Of a stretch of DNA of 64,000 nucleotides, positions 22,818 to 32,659 are shown one piece after another. Source of the stretch: Dehalococcoidia bacterium (lineage in GTDB: Bacteria; Chloroflexota; Dehalococcoidia; DSTF01; WHTK01); assembly GCA_009377745.1 (NCBI GenBank), contig WHTK01000011.1, positions 18,527-82,526 of the forward strand. Direction: 5' to 3'. Under the pieces are notes generated by a model. It made no database searches. It had not been told where the DNA came from and worked only from the letters and a program-made list of their open reading frames with translations. The translations under genes were made by a program, and so were the position numbers. Numbering within the stretch: position 1 is the stretch's first letter; each line of letters starts with the position of its first letter.

Positions 22818-23321
22818 ATGGAAGCTCTCACTCTCCTCAAACAGCAAATCGCAGACGCCCGCCACGAGTTCCAGGGCGTCATGCAGGATGTCGACCAGAC
22901 GATGGCGCACTGGCAGCCGCCGGGTGTCGCCAACCCCATAGATGACCTTCTTATCCATACCGTGCTTGGCCAGGACCGCCAGGTCTCCAGGCTTACCGGC
23001 AAGCCGGCTGTATTTGAAGACTGGGCCGCCAAACTCAACCTCGCAGCTGACTGGAGGCAAACGCCTGAGACCTCCCGCAACCTCGACGCCAGCATCGAAG
23101 TGCTTATGCAGTACGCTGACGCCGTGTACAGCGCCGTCGACGCTTACCTGGCTGGCCTCAACGATGCTGACCTGGAGAAGCCGGTCGATGCTTTCGGTAG
23201 CCAAGTGTCCGTGGCCTCGCAGATATCCAGGAACCTTGTGGTCCATATCTACGAGCACACGGGCGAGATCTCGACGATCAAGGGCCTACAAGGCGCCAAG
23301 GGTTACGCAACACGCACCTGA
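22818..23321 (+). CDS. DinB family protein
   Basis: NPIDDLLIH and HIYEHTGEI His pattern. Confidence 0.85.
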   Translation: MEALTLLKQQIADARHEFQGVMQDVDQTMAHWQPPGVANPIDDLLIHTVLGQDRQVSRLTGKPAVFEDWAAKLNLAADWRQTPETSRNLDASIEVLMQYADAVYSAVDAYLAGLNDADLEKPVDAFGSQVSVASQISRNLVVHIYEHTGEISTIKGLQGAKGYATRT

Positions 23322-23382
23322 AGGAGCCAGCGGATACTTCCTTCCATAGCCTTAGCGGAAGTTCCTAGAAGGGGAGGCGAAT

Positions 23383-23622
23383 ATGGATATCAAGGTGTAC
23401 GGGACGCAGTGGTGCCCTGACTGCAAGCGATCGAAACAAATTACTCGACGAACGCCACGTCGATACGAGTGGACCGACATCAGCGAGGATGAAGCCGCAG
23501 CCGACCTAGTCCGGTCCATGAATAATGGCCGGCGCACTACACCTACGATCGTCTTCCAAGACGGATCTTGGCTCGCCGAGCCCAGCAACGATGACCTCGT
23601 GCGCAAGCTCCGCCTCCCATAA
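23383..23622 (+). CDS. Glutaredoxin/mycoredoxin-like protein
   Basis: YGTQWCPDC, NNGRRTTPTI and EPSN. Confidence 0.85.
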   Translation: MDIKVYGTQWCPDCKRSKQITRRTPRRYEWTDISEDEAAADLVRSMNNGRRTTPTIVFQDGSWLAEPSNDDLVRKLRLP

Positions 23623-23726
23623 ATGAGGGCAGACACAGGCTGCCGACTGATGATGCGCGCCAGGAGGGTGAAGGAGTAGCAGTAACAACTACGCGCTCCG
23701 CCCGCTGTTAGTTCTCCTTACGCTCA

Positions 23727-23755
23727 TTGACGTTTGCGTTAATGGTAAATATAGT
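23727..23755 (+). promoter_or_regulatory. Sigma70 promoter with overlapping dyad, probably giving a leaderless transcript
   Basis: TTGACG-N17-TATAGT ends 8 bp before ATG 23764. Dyad TTGACG-tttg-CGTTAA. Confidence 0.65.
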
Positions 23756-23763
23756 CGCTCTGG

Positions 23764-24246
23764 ATGGCAGAGAAGCGCGCTCGCACCCAGGACGAGCCTT
23801 GCATCCAGATCGGTGAGGCCGCTGACCGCACCGGAGTCACCCAGCGCACCCTACGCTTCTACGAGGAACGCGGCCTGTTGAAGCCGCCGACACGCATGGA
23901 AGGCGGGTTCCGCCTCTACTCCCAGGACGACGTCGACCGCGTGGAGCAGATCAAGCGCCTGCAGAGCCTGCTGGGCCTCACGCTCGCCGAGATTAAGGAT
24001 ATGGTCGAGGCGGAAGAGGTGAAGGAGGAGCTGCGGGCTACCGCGAGGTCAGATCTTTCCATCCCCGAGCGCATCAGTCGCATTAAGAAGCGCATCGAAG
24101 TGACCCAGCGCCAGCACGACATCATCAGTCACAAACTGGCAGCGATGGAAGAGATGAAGCAGGACCTGGAAGGACGCCTCGAACACAATCGCGCCACCCT
24201 GGCCGAGCTCGATGGCCAGCGGGAGGAAGTCGCACCGGCTCCTTGA
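23764..24246 (+). CDS. MerR family transcriptional regulator
   Basis: IGEAADRTGVTQRTLRFYEERGLL...GGFRLY plus a coiled coil. Confidence 0.93.
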   Translation: MAEKRARTQDEPCIQIGEAADRTGVTQRTLRFYEERGLLKPPTRMEGGFRLYSQDDVDRVEQIKRLQSLLGLTLAEIKDMVEAEEVKEELRATARSDLSIPERISRIKKRIEVTQRQHDIISHKLAAMEEMKQDLEGRLEHNRATLAELDGQREEVAPAP

Positions 24247-24506
24247 GGTTCTGCACCTGCGGATCGAATCGGTGACTGTTGTGGTAGGTGAAAGGAGTTC
24301 TTGGGCGCCGTCGAACTCCCCGGAGACATGTGGAAAGGTGACCCACGCCGGGCACGCGTCCTCGCCCAGCCATGCCGAACGGCTCACGGCGTCTAGCCAT
24401 GGCCAGCTGAGAAGAACGCGATATTCTCGTAGATGCCTTCTAGGCTCCATGCTTGAGATAATCGCCCGGCGGTACGAATGGGAGGAATCAGACTACACTC
24501 ACTGTT

Positions 24507-25442
24507 GTGGCGAAAAGTGTCCTTGACCTGATCGGAAAGACGCCGGTCGTTGAACTCCGATCGCTGAGTCCACGGCGCGCTATACGCCTCTTTGCGAAGC
24601 TGGAAGGCCAAAATCCCAGCGGCTCGATTAAGGACAGAATCGTCGCATACATGCTCCAGCGGGCACGCGACGATGGCCGGCTAAGACCCGGCCAGGAGAT
24701 TGTCGAGGCCACGACCGGCAACACAGGGATCGCCTTGGCCCTGCTTGGCCGACAGCTCGGCCATCCCGTGAAAGTCGTGGTCCCAGACAACGCCTTCGGC
24801 GACGTTGTCCAGGCCCTCAAAGCGTTGGAAGCGGAGATTGAATCAGTTCCTGCCACACTGGGGATCAAGAGCGCGATTGATGTGGCACAGGAGATCGCCC
24901 GGCGCGACGCGGCCTTTCTTCTCGATCAGTTCGGCTCAAGCGACAACCCGCGCTGCCACTACGAAACCACGGCACCCGAGCTGCTCTCTCAGCTACCGGA
25001 CCTCGATGCCTTCGTCTGTGGGCTCGGCACCGGCGGCACGGCCATGGGCATTGGCCGCCGGCTTAAGGAGCAAAACCCGGCCGTGAAGGTGATCGTCGCG
25101 GAGCCGCACCCGGGTCATAACCTCCAGGGCATGAGGAGCCTTGCCGAGGGCAATATACCGCCGATCCTCGACCTGCGCGGGCTTGATGCGAAGATCGTGG
25201 TCTCCAGTGCCAACGCTTTTAGAGGCGTACGCGAGCTCTTGCGTCGCGAAGGAATTCTCGCCGGCCTCTCGTCTGGTGCCGTGCTCTACGCCGCGCTGAA
25301 ATGGGCGCAGCGAATAGAGCGTGGCAGAATCGTCATGCTATTCGCTGATTCCGGCTGGAAGTACCTTAACTCTCCGGCGTATAGCCTCGACCGTTCTCTT
25401 GAAGACGAGGCCCACACCTTCGACGAAGTGCTCTGGTGGTAG
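24507..25442 (+). CDS. PLP-dependent cysteine synthase family (CysM-like)
   Basis: KLEGQNPSGSIKDR, TTGNTG, GLGTGGT and ADSGWKYL. Confidence 0.9.
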   Translation: MAKSVLDLIGKTPVVELRSLSPRRAIRLFAKLEGQNPSGSIKDRIVAYMLQRARDDGRLRPGQEIVEATTGNTGIALALLGRQLGHPVKVVVPDNAFGDVVQALKALEAEIESVPATLGIKSAIDVAQEIARRDAAFLLDQFGSSDNPRCHYETTAPELLSQLPDLDAFVCGLGTGGTAMGIGRRLKEQNPAVKVIVAEPHPGHNLQGMRSLAEGNIPPILDLRGLDAKIVVSSANAFRGVRELLRREGILAGLSSGAVLYAALKWAQRIERGRIVMLFADSGWKYLNSPAYSLDRSLEDEAHTFDEVLWW

Positions 25443-25715
25443 GAGGGCGCACCGCCACACGAGCAGGACTGAGGACGTGGAGGAGCTGAGCTGGCTCACG
25501 CGACCCATCAGGATGCGGGAGACGGCATAACGAGGTGCGTCCTGCCGCGAACGTCAGTCGACTCGGAGCGCCAGCTTGGTCGAGGGCAACGATAAGGGCG
25601 AAAGCTGGGCAGCGGACTGGGCGGAGGTGCAGATTGACAACCGAGGCGGCTCAGTCTACTTTTGCACTCGTCTTGCGCGACGCAGTTAGCTTATGGGAAT
25701 GTCGGGAAGCAGAGC

Positions 25716-26546
25716 ATGACCGCAGCCGAAGCGTACGTGGCGCGCATGGATGCCAGGTTGGCTCAGCAGACTCGGGTATTGGGGGAGGAGCCACGGACCG
25801 GCCAGGGTGGCGGCGCCGCGCAGCGCCTGCGCGCCGACCCACACCGGGAGCCCAGTCCCGTCCTGGCGTTCCTGTTCTCCCTTGTCGGACCTGACGACAC
25901 GGTCTTGGACGTGGGCGGTGGCGCTGGTCGCTATGGCCTGTCCCTGGCGTTGCGGTGCAGGGAGGTCATTAACGTCGACCCGGCACTAGCCATGGGTGAG
26001 CAGTTCCAGGCCTCCGCGGCCGAGGCAGGCATCGGCAATGCCAGATTTATCCACAGCGATTGGTTGCAAGCGCAGGGCTTGGAAGGCGACGTCGTGCTTG
26101 TGACTCAGGTAACCTTCTTCATCCGGGACATAGAGCCTTTCCTCAGGAAGCTCCGCGCCGCTGCCCGGAGGCGGGTTGTCATTTCGCTCCAGGCGGTACC
26201 GCCACCGAATCATTACTGGGCGTTCTTCCGGCTGGTATACGGCGAGGACCAGGTGGAGGCTCCGGGCTACCGAGAACTGTTGCCGGTCCTTTGGGAGCTG
26301 GGCATCCTGCCCGATGTCCGTATCCTTTCCGCTGACTTCCCACGCAGGCCCGACACGCAGGAAGGGGCACTGGAAGCTGCGCTCACCGGTAACTGGCTGC
26401 GATCCGAAGACCGGGAGCGCGCGCGCCCTCTCATCGAAGCCCACTTCGACGAACTCTTCGTCCGTACTCCCCGAGGCTATGAGCCCAGGGAAGCAAGCCC
26501 CTCAAAGGACGTGCTCGTCACTTGGGAAACAACCGAAGCGAGTTAA
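25716..26546 (+). CDS. Class I SAM-dependent methyltransferase
   Basis: VLDVGGGAGR motif I. Confidence 0.85.
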   Translation: MTAAEAYVARMDARLAQQTRVLGEEPRTGQGGGAAQRLRADPHREPSPVLAFLFSLVGPDDTVLDVGGGAGRYGLSLALRCREVINVDPALAMGEQFQASAAEAGIGNARFIHSDWLQAQGLEGDVVLVTQVTFFIRDIEPFLRKLRAAARRRVVISLQAVPPPNHYWAFFRLVYGEDQVEAPGYRELLPVLWELGILPDVRILSADFPRRPDTQEGALEAALTGNWLRSEDRERARPLIEAHFDELFVRTPRGYEPREASPSKDVLVTWETTEAS

Positions 26547-26766
26547 GCCCACCCCGTCCCTGAGCCGCAAGTCACGATTGACGGCTTATTCTTGGCCGAG
26601 CTAACACGACGCAAAGGCACCGGGTGCATCCTCTCTTGTCGCTTCGTTCCTACGACGTCCCAGCTGCGGCGACTAGGGGTTAGGGGCAGAGTTGAGAGAG
26701 GGATAGCGAATGACACCAGGCTCTAGTGAGCCATCAATTGGCCCTGTGCTTCCGGAGCCCTTGATC

Positions 26767-27663
26767 TCAGCCAGCCGCGATCTTCGTGTCTACGAGGTCC
26801 TCGTAGCAGGCTGACTCCGGTACGAGTCCCCAGCTGAGCATCCAGCGCCTTGTCCTCTCAAACTCGTCCTCTGGATAGGGCCGCGGATAGACGTAGTGCA
26901 AGCGAGCAAGCCGGAAGTCTGAAGGTCTGACGAGTCCCCGGAGTTCGTCCGGAAGGTCGTCGATAAGGTATCGAACGTAGCGAGCTTTGTCGGCGTTGAT
27001 CCGGTCGACGGCAGCGCAGACGGCGCGGTTGATTGCCTGGTTCGTCTCCTCGTCTACATCGGGTGCCGAGATTTCTGAGCCCGCGTAGTAGCCTTCGATG
27101 ATCGGACGGCAGCCCTGACTCTCGGCGAGTGCAGTGTACGGCTCCATCAGAGTTGCAGCGTCGACAGTCCCGTCCATCAAGGCCTGGTAGCGAAGTCGCG
27201 CCTGCCCGAGGTGCACCGGCTTGATTTCGTCACGTGCCATAAAGCCTTCGAGGAGCTGGAGCGTCAGATAATGAGAGCCTGCATGGAAGTTTACGGCGAT
27301 GGTCTTTTCGCGGAGCATCTGCGGATGGGTAATCGGCGAGTCACCCCGAACGAAGATCACCTGGTTCCCCATCGCCGCGCGGAGCATCACGATGCGGCCG
27401 CCGACCTCACTGTCATTCGATCGCCGGATCTGGCCCCACTCACAAGCATTGAAGAACTCCGCTGCACTTTCCTCGAAGGGCTTGTGGCGCCAGAACGGGT
27501 CTACCTGAACCGGGTCAGTGATTACAGGCCTTGTAGCATCCCAACCGGGCGAACGGACAAACTGAACCTCAATGCCTTCCTTCGCGAAGAGTCCCTCGTC
27601 CTGGGCAACCAACCAGGGTAGATTGAAGACTACTTGGCTGTACTCGCTTGTAATCTTCTTCAT
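26767..27663 (-). CDS. ABC substrate-binding protein (NMT1/THI5/SsuA-like)
   Basis: LPWLVAQDEGLFAKEGIEV and GTVDAATLMEP. No obvious signal peptide. Confidence 0.8.
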   Translation of the reverse strand: MKKITSEYSQVVFNLPWLVAQDEGLFAKEGIEVQFVRSPGWDATRPVITDPVQVDPFWRHKPFEESAAEFFNACEWGQIRRSNDSEVGGRIVMLRAAMGNQVIFVRGDSPITHPQMLREKTIAVNFHAGSHYLTLQLLEGFMARDEIKPVHLGQARLRYQALMDGTVDAATLMEPYTALAESQGCRPIIEGYYAGSEISAPDVDEETNQAINRAVCAAVDRINADKARYVRYLIDDLPDELRGLVRPSDFRLARLHYVYPRPYPEDEFERTRRWMLSWGLVPESACYEDLVDTKIAAG

Positions 27664-27749
27664 CGTTAGGCTCCCAGTCTCCCATTAGAGCAGTTGCGTC
27701 ACCAGCAGCAGTGCGATGTTAGCACGGAATCAGAAGTGGGCGAAGGCGA

Positions 27750-28140
27750 TGTACTCGTCCGGTAGATGCTTCATACCACCTCCTTTCCGGGGCTCTGTAG
27801 GCGCCATTGCGTTACATACTTCTGGGGAGTGAGATATCCGAGGGACTGATGTGGCCGAATAGTGTTGTAGACGTTCTCCCAACTGAGGAGGTCCGGGCGT
27901 ACGCCGGCCGCGGTCCAGTCGAGATCATGGACGTCGTAAAACTCCTCGCGATGGGTACCATTGCCGGGCTCGACGCAGCCGTTGAGCTTGGGTGAGGGCG
28001 GCGGCAGGACGAACAGGGGGATGCCTCGTTCCTGACAGAGGGTCTCGAAGTCAGCCTTGCACTCGGAGCCGCCGTCCACCTGGATCGCCTTCACATCGTT
28101 GGGTGTGCGCTCCAGAATTGCGTCCAGGAAAGTAGTACGA
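27750..28140 (-). mobile_element. IS481-like transposase C-terminal (integrase core) remnant
   Basis: IQVDGGSE, SPKLNGCVE and YNTIRPHQSLGYLTP. TGT terminus at 27750. Confidence 0.8.
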
Positions 28141-28325
28141 AGGCGGGACCGACGACCCGCGCCACCCTGCGCCAAAGGCAGGTCGTCGCGGGACTGGCCA
28201 AACCGATAGACTCTCTACCGCAAGAGCTCGTTCTCAACGGCGAATAGAACGGCTCCTGCCCGACTTGAAACACCGACCTTCTCATATATGCTTTCTAAGT
28301 GATGCCGGGCCGTGTGAGTATGCGG

Positions 28326-28673
28326 TTAGCGAGCGCTTTCTCCGAGGCCGATCTTGATGTCGATGACCTTGTTCAGCTCCTGGACTGCTTCGGGAATCTT
28401 CTCCAAACCGACCAAGTCATGAGCATCGAAGATGAGTTGTCGTACACGTTCGAGCTGCGATACGGTTTCGCGTTCTGACCCGGCGTGGACCGCCAGGCGG
28501 CAGTCGGCGTCCGCTTGTCGGTACGCATCATCCATCTCTGCCTCTCGAAAGAAGAACTGCGCGCCTTTCGTCTCGCGCAGACGATCTATCAAAGAAACGA
28601 GCGTCGCGACCGAGAGATCATCGACCCAGACGACCCGATCGACGTCCCTGTCGCTTCCGCCAGTTAGTTCCAT
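28326..28673 (-). CDS. Hypothetical protein
   Basis: RBS GAGG, and a 115-aa ORF with protein-like helical composition. Confidence 0.6.
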   Translation of the reverse strand: MELTGGSDRDVDRVVWVDDLSVATLVSLIDRLRETKGAQFFFREAEMDDAYRQADADCRLAVHAGSERETVSQLERVRQLIFDAHDLVGLEKIPEAVQELNKVIDIKIGLGESAR

Positions 28674-28802
28674 CCTCGTCCTCGAGACATCAATCCAATC
28701 GCAGTGACTACTAACGACATAACGATAGCTGAAAATCCCAAGGCTCTCACATGGATGATTGGCTAGTCATGTCTTGGGCCCCGGTCCGTATCAGTAAGGG
28801 TA

Positions 28803-30143
28803 CTACGCCCGCGCTCGTGCCGGCCAGGCATCCATGGCCCGCGGCGCTGCGAAGAATCGTTGAGCGGCTTCAACCCAGCTCTCTTCTCTAGGGAGTGTGA
28901 TCCCAGCCGCCGTGTATCGGAAGACCGCCGGGTCTTGAGTCCCGGGCGGGGCAATGTTATCGTCGCGGAGTTTTCTGGCCGCTCTTAGAAGAATGCGGCG
29001 CGCCGCAATGACACCGCTGTCTGAGGTCCCCAGGTGCTCGAGGGTGCGGTCGAGGACCGGGCCCACGTTCTCCGTCATCATCGTCTCGGTCATAGCCTGA
29101 TCCTGAGTGCCGATGCCTACGATGCCCGTGTAGGACTGGGCACGCTGAAGCTCCCGGTCGAGCATGTAGTCGTTATCCTTGTTCCTCATGCCGTAGAAGG
29201 CACCGCCCGGGCGCTGTGTGGCTGGGAGGTATTCCTCTGAACCAAGATCAATTCCGCCCTGCTGGTGGCATTGCGCTCGTTCTTCGGGTGTGAGCGGCCG
29301 TTCCGGGTTGAAGTAGATGTTCCAGCGCATCAGCGTGAAATCATCCATGGGCTCCCACGCGGTCAGCCTCGTGGCTGGACCAATACACCCTGGAGGTGCG
29401 GTCCAAAACGGAAGCATGAAGATATTGATACGCCAGTAGTACTGGTTGTCCGGGGCGTTCCGTTGAGCCGCGATGAGAACGCCAGCGGGGATCTCCATCA
29501 GCTCAAATCTCGGTGCCCTGTCCTCACGCGTCAGGCTCTGGGCACAGGGGTCAGGATTCCGAGCCTGACGCTGCCCAGCCTCGTTGTGGAGAAAGGCGAC
29601 ATGGCTCGAATCAATGCCGCCTTCCAGGCTCTGCATCCAGTTGTTCTCGATGACGCGCTTTGAAACCTCGACGTGGTCTTCGGGCACGAGATTCCAGGGA
29701 TATTCCGGGAAAGCAGGCTTGAGAGCGCGGGGTCCCATGTACGCCCACACCATGCCGGCCTTTTCGACACAGGGGTAAGCGATGTGGCGGAACTTGTCCT
29801 TGAAGTTGCTTGTCTCAGGCTCGTTCGGCTGGTCAAGGCACCGGCCCTCTACATCGTATTTCCAGCCGTGGTATACGCAGCGCAGGCCACCCTCTTCGTT
29901 CCGGCCGAAGAACAAAGATGCTCCGCGATGCGGACACCTGTCTGCTATCAGGCCGACTTGGCCGCTGGTGTCGCGGAAGGCAACAAGGTTCTCGCCGAGG
30001 AGCTTAACCCTTATCGGGTTGCAATCCGGGGCCGGAAGTTCGGACGATAGCAGGACGGGATTCCAATACCTGCGGAGCAGGTCGCCCATGGGAGTACCGA
30101 AACCTACTCTCGTTAACATCTGAGTGTCTTGAGCAGATAGCAT
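28803..30143 (-). CDS. Rieske oxygenase alpha subunit (phthalate 4,5-dioxygenase/LigXa-like)
   Basis: RBS AAGGAGG, CPHRGAS...CVYHGW and EGGIDSSHVAFLH. Confidence 0.93.
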   Translation of the reverse strand: MLSAQDTQMLTRVGFGTPMGDLLRRYWNPVLLSSELPAPDCNPIRVKLLGENLVAFRDTSGQVGLIADRCPHRGASLFFGRNEEGGLRCVYHGWKYDVEGRCLDQPNEPETSNFKDKFRHIAYPCVEKAGMVWAYMGPRALKPAFPEYPWNLVPEDHVEVSKRVIENNWMQSLEGGIDSSHVAFLHNEAGQRQARNPDPCAQSLTREDRAPRFELMEIPAGVLIAAQRNAPDNQYYWRINIFMLPFWTAPPGCIGPATRLTAWEPMDDFTLMRWNIYFNPERPLTPEERAQCHQQGGIDLGSEEYLPATQRPGGAFYGMRNKDNDYMLDRELQRAQSYTGIVGIGTQDQAMTETMMTENVGPVLDRTLEHLGTSDSGVIAARRILLRAARKLRDDNIAPPGTQDPAVFRYTAAGITLPREESWVEAAQRFFAAPRAMDAWPARARA

Positions 30144-30953
30144 GTTATCCTCCTTGGCTCTCTCTCGGACGGCTCTTGTCACGCATACATTAATGTAAAG
30201 AACCGGATGATGCCTGAACTTGCAGTGCTCAAGCGTGAGTCTGAGTCGTATAGTGGCGCCTCCGAGCGTCTCGACAAGGCAGCGACGAGGTCTCGCATTT
30301 GACAGAACGACTGGGAGAGATCGCTATGGGCATGAAGTCGGCGGTCGACAAACTCAATGAGATAGGTATGCCCGCCTTGCTGAGGTGCAACAGCATCTGT
30401 TGGCTGGCATGAACGAAGCTAAGGCTCGAGCTGAGGTGCACGATGTGCGGATTGGCTCCTTGCAGCGGACGGTCATGATCGGCATAGCCACCACTGTCGG
30501 GCTGTTTGGCCTGGTTGCCGTTCTTGTGTTACTTCGATAGAAAGCAGCGGACTAAGGGGTGTTTTGCCGTTCTGAGGCGTCGCGTCTCTGGATGACGCCG
30601 TTCCGGCCCCGATCTCAAGTGATTAAGACGTTGTCGGCAGGCCGGCCACGTCCGCTGCATGAGGTCGGCGATTCGCTTTCGGCGGGAGGTTCGCGATTGC
30701 GGTTAGCCGCGCGTCATCGTCGTCATTCCACGCTACGCCGCGGCGTCTTCTCATTCCCGTCCCGCGCGGCGGCGCCATCACGCTGCCTCCGGCGGGCGGT
30801 CGTCAGTGGAATCGCGCTGGAGATACGGCGCGAGCAGGTCCATGAACCAGAGACGTCGACCTTTTGGAAGCCTTCGAGGCCGAGGGTCGCGCGTGACTGT
30901 GGCTGCCCGGGTGATCCGCAGGTTGCGGTGGCCAAGGGGCGTAGGACTAGCAT

Positions 30954-31451
30954 TTACCGGCGTAACCCTGCCTCGTCTCGAACCGCGCCTTTAATAATCA
31001 TTTGCGTAGCCGTTGAAAGCGATATTCGGACACGCGGGAAACTCGCCTTCAACTTTGACGCCTCAATGCTGGCAGTTCATCCATACGTGCTGACGTCATC
31101 AACCAACAGAAGCTTTTCAAAACGCTCTTCAGTTTCAACCACGCTCAGCGCTGCCGCATACTTCCGTTCAAACTGCGCATAGGTATAACCGGCACTCTGG
31201 AACCGGCGCTTTGACACCGCCTGGTTCAGCACGAGAAGCTCCCTAACCGGTACATCCATTAGTCGCGCGAGAGTTCCTCCGCCAAAGACTTGGTTCTGTG
31301 CAATTCGCTGAACGATGAAGTGATGGTTAGCGTGAAAGGCGCCTACCTTCTGGAAGTAGTCGCCGATCAGTTGCTTGCCGCCGTCGGGAAAGAGCCGGCG
31401 CAGCTTCGGGTTGTTGCGGGTGCTGGTCTGCGTCGGCGCAGCGTACGTCAC
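30954..31451 (-). pseudogene. Phosphoribosyltransferase-like (ComF-type) remnant with internal stop
   Basis: LLLVDDVSTYG*TA PRPP-binding motif. The frame continues ~40 codons past the TGA. Confidence 0.55.
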
Positions 31452-31549
31452 GTTCGTGCGTCGCGATGCCTAGGCGAAGGGTGCGCTCGTTTGAGCGATG
31501 AGCAACCTCGTTCGCATCGGCGAAAACTAACGACACTGGATTAACCTGA

Positions 31550-31587
31550 AGTAGAGGCCCTCGCAGAGCATTGCGAGGGCCTCTACT
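31550..31587. other. Perfect 16-bp inverted repeat
   Basis: AGTAGAGGCCCTCGCA-gagcat-TGCGAGGGCCTCTACT. Confidence 0.85.
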
Positions 31588-31944
31588 GCTTCGAGGCCTA
31601 CCGGCGGTACTGCCTTTGGGGCACTGTGTGGCGGGGGCAGATCATTCTGCTGACCTTTTATTGGAGCTCGACCTTCGGGTTTGATTCTCGAGGGTCGTGC
31701 ACACTTCCCGGGCTCGGCGACCCCCTCAACTTCCACAGATCTGGTGTTCAGCCTACCCGTACGCGATATTAGCCAGAAGGTTCGTCGGGCGACTCCGCGT
31801 TCACGCATCGACCAGCACGTCCGAGATACTCACAGCCTAGCTGGAGAGGCATAAGAAGCGAGAGTCCCTTGCCGGTCGCTGGTCGCCACGGCCGAGGTCA
31901 TATCTGCTGCGGGCTGCTCAGCACCCTACACCCGTCCGAGCCCC

Positions 31945-32586
31945 TCACGCTCCGCCCTTTAGAAGGTCAGCTCTCCGCGACCGTACTGGCACCGCAGGGC
32001 CCGTTGATGTGTCGCCGACGAAGGACACTGGCAGCTGGTGCACCAGGGAGCGGCAAGGGTCAAGCCGGACGTCTCGAGCTAGTTCGACCCAGCGCAAGGC
32101 GTAAGCGGCGTCTTCGAGCCGGCGCAGCTCGGGGCGGCCCTGTCCGCCACGCCCGCATCGCTCGGCAATGGTGCCGGCCCAGTCACCGTCGTGTTCGCAG
32201 TAGCTTCGGCGCAGCGACGCTGTTGATGTGACCGCCTGCAAATCGCCCAGGATCGCCGCCACCACGCCGCCGACCGTCTCCCGCATTGGCCGCTCTCGCG
32301 AGGCCCGCCGGTACCAACGGCCACTCCGTTCCCAGGACCCAGGCAGGCCGTGACCGGCGATGGCGGCTGCTCGCAGTTCGGGCCATCGCCGTCCCTCAAG
32401 AAGCTCGACGAGGCGCTCGCGACGGATGCCGTCGGGGACGGTCGTACCGCGCTCCCACTGGGCGACCGCCGAGGGCCCGGCGGCGCCGACAGATCGGGCG
32501 ATTTCCGTCTGTGTCACCCCGTAGAGAAACCGGAAGTCTCGAAGCCGCTGTCCGAGCTCCTGCCAATGGCTGCGGAAGCGGTGCAC
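31945..32586 (-). CDS. XRE-family HTH protein at island border
   Basis: LGQRLRDFR...TQTEIARSVG...SAVAQWERGTTVP. Confidence 0.75.
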   Translation of the reverse strand: MHRFRSHWQELGQRLRDFRFLYGVTQTEIARSVGAAGPSAVAQWERGTTVPDGIRRERLVELLEGRRWPELRAAAIAGHGLPGSWERSGRWYRRASRERPMRETVGGVVAAILGDLQAVTSTASLRRSYCEHDGDWAGTIAERCGRGGQGRPELRRLEDAAYALRWVELARDVRLDPCRSLVHQLPVSFVGDTSTGPAVPVRSRRADLLKGGA

Positions 32587-32659
32587 CTTCGTCCGACCGT
32601 CGACCGGCTGGCCCTTTTCATACGCAAGTGTGACCGTGATGACAAGTTCCCGCGCGGCT

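Noticed and set aside
30240-30540. Coiled-coil + C-terminal TM gene fragment
   Set aside because: Multiple frame breaks, no start, and no family assignable.
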